Assembly (NCBI GenBank): GCA_016931955.1
Contig: JAFGDV010000020.1
Coordinates: 1-15,873 of the forward strand
Origin: Candidatus Altiarchaeota archaeon
GTDB taxonomy: Archaea > Altiarchaeota > Altiarchaeia > IMC4 > QMZM01
DNA: 15,873 nucleotides
Direction: 5' to 3'
Shown here: piece after piece, positions 1-7,368 of the stretch
How the letters are laid out: each line of letters opens with the position of its first letter
How positions within the stretch are numbered: the first letter of the stretch is position 1
Position numbers and translations under genes: made by a program
Notes under the pieces: generated by a model
Database searches by the model: none
Seen by the model: the letters and a program-made list of their open reading frames with translations, nothing else
Told to the model about the DNA's origin: nothing

Positions 1-1
1 A

Positions 2-88
2 AAACTAAGAATACCATACGGCACAGCCGCAGGAAACATAACCGGCACACTAACAGTCACCGTTCAAGCCATCAACGTAGCAGGTTAA
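2..88 (+). CDS. 3' end of a gene truncated by the window edge; probable paralogue of the downstream secreted beta-sandwich (pilin/WxL-like) protein
   Basis: Not in the ORF track. Manual translation from position 2 gives KLRIPYGTAAGNITGTLTVTVQAINVAG* (TAA 86-88), which aligns with the C-terminus of 134..1129 (KVYVPYGIYEGQSVPGKIWAIATSA*) and contains an NIT sequon. Confidence 0.8.
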   Translation, partial: KLRIPYGTAAGNITGTLTVTVQAINVAG

Positions 89-119
89 AAGGTGATAAAA
101 AAACCAAAAAAAACAAAAA

Positions 120-127
120 GAGGTGAT
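120..127 (+). promoter_or_regulatory. Shine-Dalgarno site for the 134..1129 gene
   Basis: GAGGTGAT 6 nt upstream of ATG 134, complementary to the 16S rRNA 3' end (AUCACCUC). A second AGGTGAT lies at 90-96. Confidence 0.8.
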
Positions 128-133
128 TTTTGA

Positions 134-1129
134 ATGAAAATAAGAAGAAGTCTTTATATTGGAGTACTGACGGTGCTGCTCTTATGGATCCTGATGGATT
201 CCGTGAGCGCACAACTTGGAGGTAATCTGACCAAGGACGAGTCAGACTACATAAACATAACAGTGAACGTGTCCACTGAGTGCATGATAGACGTGCAACC
301 AGCGGCCCTGGCATGGGACGGGGTAGCGCCAGGCAGCGTCGGTGATAACAACACCGAAGTTTTGGGTGATCACTATTTTGCGATACAGATAGAGAACATA
401 GGGTCTAGGAATATAACCCGTGTCTGGTTCAATGCAACATATCCGGCTGCGAGCCCGTTTGCGAGAGGAAGCGCTGCTTTCACGGATGCCGGAAACTATG
501 TTGTGCTGTCTAATGACACTTCCTCGACTAACCCCCCAGCTAATGGCTTCTTTTTCATAAACAGGGTCGAGTACAATGAGACGAGGCAGCTGGTATACCT
601 GAGAGACCCTGCCGGGAATCTTCCACCAAACAGTGGAACATACACCTACGGCAGATTCAGGAACGCGACCAATGAATACTTCTGGATGTACGACCAAACC
701 TATGGAAACTGCAACACAAGCGGAACATTATGGATAGGAACAGAACCACACACGCGAACGCAGACCGGGACAACGAACTTCCAGAGCCAGGCCATAGGAG
801 GAACCTTCACGACAACACAATTGACCACATACAACTGCGCTGGCCTATCATACGCGGTTGGTAACGTGAACAGCAGCAGCCCGCTTGCAGGATACTCTGT
901 TGCGATGAGCCCAACCTGTCAGCTGTTTTTCTCAAGGTGGAACAGGGACTGCCCATTCGACTACTCGGGAACAACTGCAGTATTCGCCGATGACGTAGTA
1001 GGTTTTCCAACAGCAACCCTGTGGCCGGGAGACTCCTTCGCACTAGCGATAAAGGTCTACGTGCCTTATGGGATATACGAAGGTCAGTCAGTCCCAGGGA
1101 AGATATGGGCGATCGCGACCTCAGCATAA
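134..1129 (+). CDS. Secreted beta-rich glycoprotein, 331 aa; candidate fibre/pilin-like structural subunit
   Basis: Sec signal peptide MKIRRSLYIGVLTVLLLWILMDSVSA|Q, 11 N-x-S/T sequons, 5 Cys, no C-terminal membrane anchor. Motifs INITVNV..IDVQP..LAWDGVAPG at the N-terminus and LWPGDS..IKVYVPYG..G..WAIATSA at the C-terminus. Strong SD. The CDS is secure; the function is inferred. Confidence 0.85.
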   Translation: MKIRRSLYIGVLTVLLLWILMDSVSAQLGGNLTKDESDYINITVNVSTECMIDVQPAALAWDGVAPGSVGDNNTEVLGDHYFAIQIENIGSRNITRVWFNATYPAASPFARGSAAFTDAGNYVVLSNDTSSTNPPANGFFFINRVEYNETRQLVYLRDPAGNLPPNSGTYTYGRFRNATNEYFWMYDQTYGNCNTSGTLWIGTEPHTRTQTGTTNFQSQAIGGTFTTTQLTTYNCAGLSYAVGNVNSSSPLAGYSVAMSPTCQLFFSRWNRDCPFDYSGTTAVFADDVVGFPTATLWPGDSFALAIKVYVPYGIYEGQSVPGKIWAIATSA

Positions 1130-1156
1130 AAAAAAGTAAGGGCGTTGATTGAAAAA

Positions 1157-1375
1157 ATGAAAAACGAACTTTCGCCCATAGACAAGGTTATAGTGAACAC
1201 AATAAGGGGCAAAAAAAAGCCTGTGTCAACATACAAGCTAGCCAAGGAGACAAAGCTTTCATGGTCTACGGTGAATTCACACTGCTATAAGCTGAAGTCC
1301 TTCGGCGTCCTTGACATGTTGAGCAAGGAAACACCCTTCGGACAGAAAAAGATGCTCTGGAACGTGAGAAAGTAA
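1157..1375 (+). CDS. Small basic winged helix-turn-helix DNA-binding protein
   Basis: LSPIDKVIVNTI...STYKLAKETKLSWSTVNSHCYKLKSFGVL...MLW is a typical archaeal wHTH pattern. ATG 1157 is preferred over the TTG at 1145. Confidence 0.85.
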   Translation: MKNELSPIDKVIVNTIRGKKKPVSTYKLAKETKLSWSTVNSHCYKLKSFGVLDMLSKETPFGQKKMLWNVRK

Positions 1376-1435
1376 CCAGCCTACGGGTAGAACAAAAGGA
1401 GAGAAACACATCCAGTGATAACCAGCGTACTCAAA

Positions 1436-1457
1436 TTTTCTTTTTTAATCTTTATTA
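1436..1457 (+). promoter_or_regulatory. T-rich tract: possible oligo-T terminator of the upstream unit and/or TATA box of the moxR operon
   Basis: TTTTCTTTTTTAATCTTTATTA in the intergenic gap. TTTATTA (1451-1457) lies about 23-29 nt before ATG 1480, which has no SD, compatible with a leaderless archaeal transcript. Confidence 0.35.
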
Positions 1458-1479
1458 GGATATTTGTCTTTTGTCTGAT

Positions 1480-2469
1480 ATGGAAAAAGAAGAACTACAG
1501 CGTAAGGTAGAGGCATACAGCAAGAAGCTCCAGGAAGTGAAGAAGGAGGTGCAGAAGGGAATCGTTGGACAAGATAAGGTCATCGAGTCGGTTCTGAAAT
1601 GCCTTCTATGCAATGGACATGTTCTACTTGAGGGGGTTCCGGGACTGGCGAAGACCCTCTTCATAAGGCTCCTAAGCCTGACTGTTGCGGATGCGAAGTT
1701 CCAGAGAATCCAGTTCACACCAGACCTGCTGCCCTCAGACATAATAGGTGTCACAGTCTACGAAGAGAAGAGGGGATTCTATACGATAAAAGGCCCCATC
1801 TTCGCGAACTTCGTCTGCGGCGACGAGATAAACAGGACCCCCCCAAAGGTGCAGTCGGCTATGCTGCAGGCAATGCAGGAAAGGGAGGTGACCATAGGCA
1901 GGCAGACATTCCCCTTACCGAATCCATTCTTTGTATTAGCGACTCAGAACCCACTGGAGACGAAGGGGACGTATCCGCTGCCGGAGGCGCAGGTTGACCG
2001 ATTCCTCTTCAAGGTCATGGTTAAGCCGCCACCCAAAAAGGATGAGGTGAAGATCATAGAACAGAACGCTGAGGTCATGGAGATCGAGGAATTCAACATA
2101 CAGAAGACCATCGATCTCAAGGAGATACTGGACATGCAAGAGGTCGTAAAACAGATAAGCATGTCGGAAGAAATCCAGAGATATATTGTACACCTAGTCA
2201 ACTCCACCAGATACCCTGAGAGATACGACATAGAGGAGGGCAGGTACCTGCAGTGGGGGGCCTCACCAAGAGCGTCAATCTATCTGTCGCTGACGTCTAA
2301 GGCAACTGCTCTCATGAACAACAGGCTCTTCGTGATCCCGGAAGACGTTAGGTGCGTAGCCCACGACGTCTTAAGGCATAGGATGGTCCTCAACTACGAG
2401 GGGAAGGCCAAGGGCATAGACCCAGACAACGTGGTCGACGCCATAATAAAAGGCGTCCCAGTACTCTGA
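1480..2469 (+). CDS. moxR: MoxR-family AAA+ ATPase, paralogue 1
   Basis: Walker A GHVLLEGVPGLAKT, RIQFTPDLLPSDI signature, Walker B GDEINR, ATQNP sensor I, GTYPLPEAQVDRF arginine-finger region, GASPR sensor II, VLRHR lid. ATG 1480 is preferred over TTG 1471. Confidence 0.97.
   Translation: MEKEELQRKVEAYSKKLQEVKKEVQKGIVGQDKVIESVLKCLLCNGHVLLEGVPGLAKTLFIRLLSLTVADAKFQRIQFTPDLLPSDIIGVTVYEEKRGFYTIKGPIFANFVCGDEINRTPPKVQSAMLQAMQEREVTIGRQTFPLPNPFFVLATQNPLETKGTYPLPEAQVDRFLFKVMVKPPPKKDEVKIIEQNAEVMEIEEFNIQKTIDLKEILDMQEVVKQISMSEEIQRYIVHLVNSTRYPERYDIEEGRYLQWGASPRASIYLSLTSKATALMNNRLFVIPEDVRCVAHDVLRHRMVLNYEGKAKGIDPDNVVDAIIKGVPVL
1699..1742 (+). repeat. 44-bp exact direct repeat shared by the two moxR genes (second copy 2684..2727)
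   Basis: TTCCAGAGAATCCAGTTCACACCAGACCTGCTGCCCTCAGACAT is identical in both genes. A further exact 24-bp tract lies at 1990..2013 and 2975..2998. Confidence 0.95.
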
Positions 2470-2470
2470 A

Positions 2471-3454
2471 ATGGATGAACTAACAAAGAGAATACAAAAA
2501 TACAAGAACAAGCTCGATGAAGTACGGGCTGAGGTAAGGAAGGGCGTGATAGGACAGGAAGTAGTCATAGACTCGGTCCTAAAGTGCATATCATGCAATG
2601 GACACGTTCTATTGGAGAGTGTTCCAGGACTCGCGAAGACGCTGTTGGTGCGCCTCCTGACTTCAACGGTTGAAGACGCTACATTCCAGAGAATCCAGTT
2701 CACACCAGACCTGCTGCCCTCAGACATTACTGGAACTACTGTCTACGAGGAAAAACGGGGCTTTTACACTGTAAAGGGCCCCATCTTCGCGAACTTCCTC
2801 CTCGGCGACGAGATAAACAGGGCCCCTCCAAAGGTGCAGTCGGCTATGCTGCAGGGAATGCAGGAAAGGATAGTGACCATAGGCAAGGAAACATTCCCAC
2901 TGCCAAAGCCTTTCATCGTATTGGCAACACAGAACCCATTAGAACAGAAAGGCGTCTATCCGTTATCGCTTGCACAGGTTGACCGATTCCTCTTCAAGAT
3001 CTTCGTTGACTACCCTGATGAGGAGGCAGAGATCCTCATCCTCAACGAGAACTCGATGGTCAAAAAGATGGAAGAATATGGGATACAGAAGGTCCTGACA
3101 ACCAAGGACATACTCGAAATACAGGGGTGTATAAAGGACATACGGCTGTCCCTTGAGGTAAAAGAATACATAACAGACTTGGTTGATGCGACAAGACACC
3201 CACTGGAATATGACATAGAAGCTGGAAAATACATAAAGTGGGGGGCTTCTCCGCGAGCAACAATAGGTCTTTCACTTGCAACGCAGGCAACTGCCATGAT
3301 GAACAACAGAACCTTCGCCATCCCGAACGATGTTAGATCAATAGCCCATCTGGTGCTGCGGCACCGCCTCGTATTAAACTACGAAGGCAAAGCAAAGGGC
3401 ATAAGCTCCGACGACGTGGTAGACGAGATCATAGACAACGTCCCAGTACGCTAG
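2471..3454 (+). CDS. moxR: MoxR-family AAA+ ATPase, paralogue 2
   Basis: GHVLLESVPGLAKT, RIQFTPDLLPSDITG, LLGDEINRAPPKVQSA, ATQNPLEQ, AQVDRF, GASPR, VLRHR. Starts 1 nt after the paralogue 1 stop. Confidence 0.97.
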   Translation: MDELTKRIQKYKNKLDEVRAEVRKGVIGQEVVIDSVLKCISCNGHVLLESVPGLAKTLLVRLLTSTVEDATFQRIQFTPDLLPSDITGTTVYEEKRGFYTVKGPIFANFLLGDEINRAPPKVQSAMLQGMQERIVTIGKETFPLPKPFIVLATQNPLEQKGVYPLSLAQVDRFLFKIFVDYPDEEAEILILNENSMVKKMEEYGIQKVLTTKDILEIQGCIKDIRLSLEVKEYITDLVDATRHPLEYDIEAGKYIKWGASPRATIGLSLATQATAMMNNRTFAIPNDVRSIAHLVLRHRLVLNYEGKAKGISSDDVVDEIIDNVPVR

Positions 3455-3457
3455 AAA

Positions 3458-4357
3458 ATGAAGAAGACAAAAAATGAAGGTACGAACTACTTGGAAGAGT
3501 TGATGAAGGAGATAGATGCTAATGTACGTGAACTGGTCGACACCTTCAGGTTTCTGTTAAAGTACATCATATTGTTCAAGGGAAGCGGCATAGAATTCGC
3601 AAGCCTGCGCGAATACGTTCCCGGACAGGACGACGCGACAAAGATAGACTGGAAGGCCAGCCTAAGATCCAAAAAATTGTATATAAAACAGTTCGAGGAT
3701 GAACGAGACCTCGAGGTCTGGATTCTACTCGACGCCTCAAACTCGATGCTCTTCGGAACACAGGAAAAACTGAAGAGCGAATATGCGGCAGTCGTCGCAG
3801 GAACACTCGCATACGCAGCAATCGAGGCAGGAGACAGCGTAGGTTTTGCAATGTTCGGCGACGAAGTAAAAGCCATACTTGACCCGATAAGTGACATATC
3901 CCAGTACTACAACATCCTCAGGATTGTGGTGGACCCGAAAAAATACGGAGGAGGCTGTAATCTCGAAGGCGCATTATCCTATCTGGTCAACATTGTTGCG
4001 GACAGAACGATCCTCTTCGTAGTCTCGGATTTCATAGGCGTCGGCAGGGGATGGGATGACGCGTTGAGGATGATGGCCGGTAAGATAGACAAAGTCGTGG
4101 GCTTGATGGTAAGGGACGTCAGAGAATCATTCATGCCGACGGGGATAGGCAACATGCGGCTCTCTGACCCATTCTCCGATAAGGTTGTGACATTAGACCT
4201 GGATAAGGTCAGCGAAGAATTCACCAGATTGGCGAAAAAACAGGAGAAAAGGATAGAACAAGTATTTATCGAAGGTGGGATGGGCTTCGTTAAGATGTAC
4301 ACCAACGAGCCCTTCGTAAAACCACTCGTTCACTATCTGGAGTTAACAGAGATGTAG
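3458..4357 (+). CDS. DUF58 family vWA-like MoxR partner protein
   Basis: FKGSGIEFASLREYVPGQDDATKIDWKASLR...IKQFEDERD signature, MIDAS-like ILLDASNSM, VVSDF, LSDP. Classic position directly after moxR. Confidence 0.95.
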   Translation: MKKTKNEGTNYLEELMKEIDANVRELVDTFRFLLKYIILFKGSGIEFASLREYVPGQDDATKIDWKASLRSKKLYIKQFEDERDLEVWILLDASNSMLFGTQEKLKSEYAAVVAGTLAYAAIEAGDSVGFAMFGDEVKAILDPISDISQYYNILRIVVDPKKYGGGCNLEGALSYLVNIVADRTILFVVSDFIGVGRGWDDALRMMAGKIDKVVGLMVRDVRESFMPTGIGNMRLSDPFSDKVVTLDLDKVSEEFTRLAKKQEKRIEQVFIEGGMGFVKMYTNEPFVKPLVHYLELTEM

Positions 4358-4360
4358 AAC

Positions 4361-5323
4361 ATGGACATACCACAGGTTGATTTTTCATTAAAGTACGTAA
4401 ACCTGCTCATCATACTAATAGGCTTAGTGATGATGCTCTACCTTCTGTCAAAGAAGTACGCCAGGAGTAGAACGCTGATGTTCGGGAACTTTGAGGTATT
4501 GGAGAAGGTCGCTGGGAAAAAGCTGTTCACCACAAGCCTGATTCCCCTGTTTTTAAGAGTCACTGCAGTCGTATTGGTTATATTGATCATCTCCGACCTT
4601 GTTCTAGTGAGAGAGGAATATATCGCAAGAACCGATTTTATTCTGGCAATAGACACATCCTCCTCAATGCTCACAGACGACTACGAGCCTAACAGGATAG
4701 AGTTCGTGAAGAAGACTGCGATAGAGTTCGTAACCAGACTAAAGAACACGAAGATCGGGGTCATAACATTCTCCGGGAAGGCTCACGTCAGATTAAAGCC
4801 GACATCGGACATGGGTGAGGTCGAAAGGACGCTGAAGGGGATAGACTTTGAGGGACCTGCTGGAACAGCTGTAGGTGACGCAATAGTGGTCGCTGAATCC
4901 CTCTTCGACGAATCTGAAAGAAACCGGAGCATCATCCTCATAACAGACGGCAGAAACAACATCGGAAGAAACATAACCGAGGCATTGGTTGCCTTAAATA
5001 CTAGCAACACACCCATCTACCCAATAGGTATAGGAAGCAAGATAGAAACCGAGACAACCGTGCCCACAGAGCTGGTAGGCTTGAATGCAACACCTACTAA
5101 GTTCCCAAACCTCGATGAGAGTATGTTAAGCCTCATAGCAAACAGCACAAATGGGAGATACTTCATAATAGACGACGAAGACTCCTTCAAGAGAGCCTTT
5201 GAGACTGGTTTAGACTACACAGAAGTCAGCAGCGAACAAACCACTACATTAGTGTTTTTACTCTGTATTGTGCTTTTGATCGACTGGGGACTTGAGGTGA
5301 CCAAATTCAGGGTAATACCCTGA
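4361..5323 (+). CDS. BatA-like membrane-anchored von Willebrand factor A domain protein
   Basis: Two N-terminal hydrophobic helices flanking a basic loop containing FGNFEVL, complete MIDAS (DTSSS; GTAVGDA; ILITDG), LDESML..IA..TNGRYF, and a C-terminal TM helix. Confidence 0.93.
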   Translation: MDIPQVDFSLKYVNLLIILIGLVMMLYLLSKKYARSRTLMFGNFEVLEKVAGKKLFTTSLIPLFLRVTAVVLVILIISDLVLVREEYIARTDFILAIDTSSSMLTDDYEPNRIEFVKKTAIEFVTRLKNTKIGVITFSGKAHVRLKPTSDMGEVERTLKGIDFEGPAGTAVGDAIVVAESLFDESERNRSIILITDGRNNIGRNITEALVALNTSNTPIYPIGIGSKIETETTVPTELVGLNATPTKFPNLDESMLSLIANSTNGRYFIIDDEDSFKRAFETGLDYTEVSSEQTTTLVFLLCIVLLIDWGLEVTKFRVIP

Positions 5324-5371
5324 CATTGACGTATATATGTTAATACACACATTTATCTAATAAGCGATAAA

Positions 5372-6688
5372 ATGACTGAAGAAGAAGCGAAGAAGAAATC
5401 TGTTGAAGACATCTTCAAAAACGCATTCAAGCCAACAGGCAAGGTCGAAGGAGACGATGCAAAAGAAAAATCAGCCTCAGAAATATTTAAAGACTTGTTC
5501 ATGAAGGGGAAGGTTATTGGAAGCCCGTCAGCTGAAGAAGAGGAGGCACTACCAGAAGAAGAGGAGGAGGCTCTCTTAGAGGAGATAGAGAAGAGATTAG
5601 AGGGAAGGGTTGACGAGAAATCTGTTGAAGACATCTTCAAAAACGCATTCAAGCCAACAGGCAAGGTCGAAAAAGAAGAAACAGAAGAGAAGCCCGCTTC
5701 CGACGTTTTCAAAGACCTCTTTAAACCCATCAGTCCGCCGATGAAAGCCGGCGAAAAAAAGCCTGCCCCTGAAGCCACACCCCAGGAAAAACCCCGGGTT
5801 CCTGTAGTGGACGTAATCAAGGAATCGCATGAGAAAGGCGCAATCGACAAGAAAACATACGATCAGGCAGTTCAGAAGATCCTAAGGAATAGCATCGAAG
5901 GCGGCAGCCTCGTGGGCGAATTCACGGTTGTTGAAAGGGGGGGTAAGCCCGAGATCGTCTTGGATGAAGGAGAAATCGAGATACCACCTGGTTCAAAGAT
6001 TGAGGTCCTGAAAAAGGATGGTGAAATCGCGATAATAGTCAAAAAAGGTTCTAATGGGGGTATTGAAGGCAATATAGGTGAGCTTGAAGGTTTAATCGAC
6101 GGCGGAAATCAGGGGGTGAAGAGAAGATCTGGCGAAATCGGGAAAATAGGAGGCGTAGAACAGATGGATTGGCTCGAAGAATATGAAGAGGAGGAAAGCG
6201 GTATAATGGGTGAGGTCAAAGACGAGGTCGAACTCGCAGACCTGAAGAAGGAGTTTAAACTAAAAAAAAGAGAAGAGGAGAAAGAGGAAGAGTTGGTTGA
6301 AGAGGAAGAGAAAGAGCCAGGAATACTAGACAGGATACTAAAGCGTGTTAAAAAGACGACAGAAGAAAGTCACTCCAATAAGTTGAAAAGATTGTCACTG
6401 GAAAACCTCAGCAGGATGAAGGAGATAGAAGACGAAAGAAAAGCGATTGTTGGAATCGCCTACGTCCTCAAGGAATTCCTTGAGATAAAATACGAGATAT
6501 CACAGGAACTAACATACACTGAACTGATAAGGGAGTTGAGGACAAGGGAGATGAATAATGAATTAAGGAATAGACTGATAACATTCTTTAAGAAGACTGC
6601 ACTCATGGTATACGCAAACGCTCCTAAGATAGACAGTTTTTCCAAGGTGTACAGTCTGGCAGAGAGAACGATAAAGGAATTAAGTTAA
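5372..6688 (+). CDS. Acidic, largely low-complexity cytoplasmic protein with N-terminal repeats and a C-terminal helical domain like those found in moxR/bat operons (DUF4129/BatD-C-terminus-like)
   Basis: 438-aa ORF rich in E and K, with no signal peptide or TM segment. The C-terminal IAYVLKEFLEIKYEISQELTYTELIREL...LITFFKKTALMVYA resembles the 'LRxYLExRFxIxAxExTTxEI...F...KFA' pattern (recognised by eye). Confidence 0.8.
   Translation: MTEEEAKKKSVEDIFKNAFKPTGKVEGDDAKEKSASEIFKDLFMKGKVIGSPSAEEEEALPEEEEEALLEEIEKRLEGRVDEKSVEDIFKNAFKPTGKVEKEETEEKPASDVFKDLFKPISPPMKAGEKKPAPEATPQEKPRVPVVDVIKESHEKGAIDKKTYDQAVQKILRNSIEGGSLVGEFTVVERGGKPEIVLDEGEIEIPPGSKIEVLKKDGEIAIIVKKGSNGGIEGNIGELEGLIDGGNQGVKRRSGEIGKIGGVEQMDWLEEYEEEESGIMGEVKDEVELADLKKEFKLKKREEEKEEELVEEEEKEPGILDRILKRVKKTTEESHSNKLKRLSLENLSRMKEIEDERKAIVGIAYVLKEFLEIKYEISQELTYTELIRELRTREMNNELRNRLITFFKKTALMVYANAPKIDSFSKVYSLAERTIKELS
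5394..5671 (+). repeat. 56-bp exact in-frame direct repeat (5394..5449 and 5616..5671, period 222 bp)
   Basis: AGAAATCTGTTGAAGACATCTTCAAAAACGCATTCAAGCCAACAGGCAAGGTCGAA occurs twice and encodes KSVEDIFKNAFKPTGKVE. Confidence 0.95.
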
Positions 6689-6753
6689 TATAGTTAGATC
6701 AACTAATAATAGCTTGGTTTAGGTAAACTCCATGATGTGTTAGAGGATGAAAA

Positions 6754-7368
6754 ATGCATCCTTTGAAACATCTAGAAAGACGATTAAGGGACAATAGAAA
6801 AAAGAGGACTAACTATTACTTAGCTAATGCCTTCGGCCTCATAGTTTTGCTTCTCGTCTCCATAATAGTCGCCCCCCTCCTCCACGAATTCCTCCATATG
6901 TTCTTTCTTGACATCAACCATAAACCATACTCTATGGAGATAAACTTTGACTGGGTTAACGGAATCACTGGAAAAATAATGACCTACACGGACTTAAGCA
7001 TCAATGACTCAATAATTCTCTTAGGCATAGGAGTCTTTTCCAATCTCATCCTTGCTGCTATATTTTTTCTCAGCGGCTGGAAGATAAAGTCACATGGAAG
7101 AATGCCTGAATCAATATTCTCAACCTATCTCGCCGTAGGTTTCATCTACGACCCGATGACCTACTGTCTAGCATCAGAGGGCGACTTGATGAACATACTT
7201 ATGCTAATAGACATGCAACACCTAGCCTTCCTCCTACCGTTTGTAGGGCTCTTTTTTCTGGTATTGGTTTCCCTGTACATCCACAATCACACAAAACACG
7301 CCTTCAGGGAATACTACCTACTCCTCGAAGACATAGAAAAACTTGAAGGCTTTCTATTGGCTAGATGA
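6754..7368 (+). CDS. Putative membrane-embedded zinc metalloprotease (M50B-like / DUF3267-like)
   Basis: HEFLH (HExxH) at the end of the first TM helix, about 4 hydrophobic segments, a GIGVFSN helix and a downstream SEGDL motif that could supply the third ligand. Confidence 0.75.
   Translation: MHPLKHLERRLRDNRKKRTNYYLANAFGLIVLLLVSIIVAPLLHEFLHMFFLDINHKPYSMEINFDWVNGITGKIMTYTDLSINDSIILLGIGVFSNLILAAIFFLSGWKIKSHGRMPESIFSTYLAVGFIYDPMTYCLASEGDLMNILMLIDMQHLAFLLPFVGLFFLVLVSLYIHNHTKHAFREYYLLLEDIEKLEGFLLAR

Noticed and set aside
134-230. Class III (type IV pilin/archaellin) signal peptide
   Set aside because: No K/R-G/A cleavage motif before the hydrophobic stretch. It ends in a standard signal peptidase I site (VSA|Q), and no PilB/TadC-like genes are in the window.
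1455-2727. Two minus-strand ORFs sharing MSEGSRSGVNWILWN
   Set aside because: Antisense read-out of the 44-bp tract shared by the two moxR genes, not real paralogous genes.
5394-5671. 56-bp direct repeat as a CRISPR array, att site or DGR template/variable repeat
   Set aside because: Only two copies, in frame within a CDS and identical with no adenine-specific differences. No cas, integrase or reverse transcriptase gene is present.
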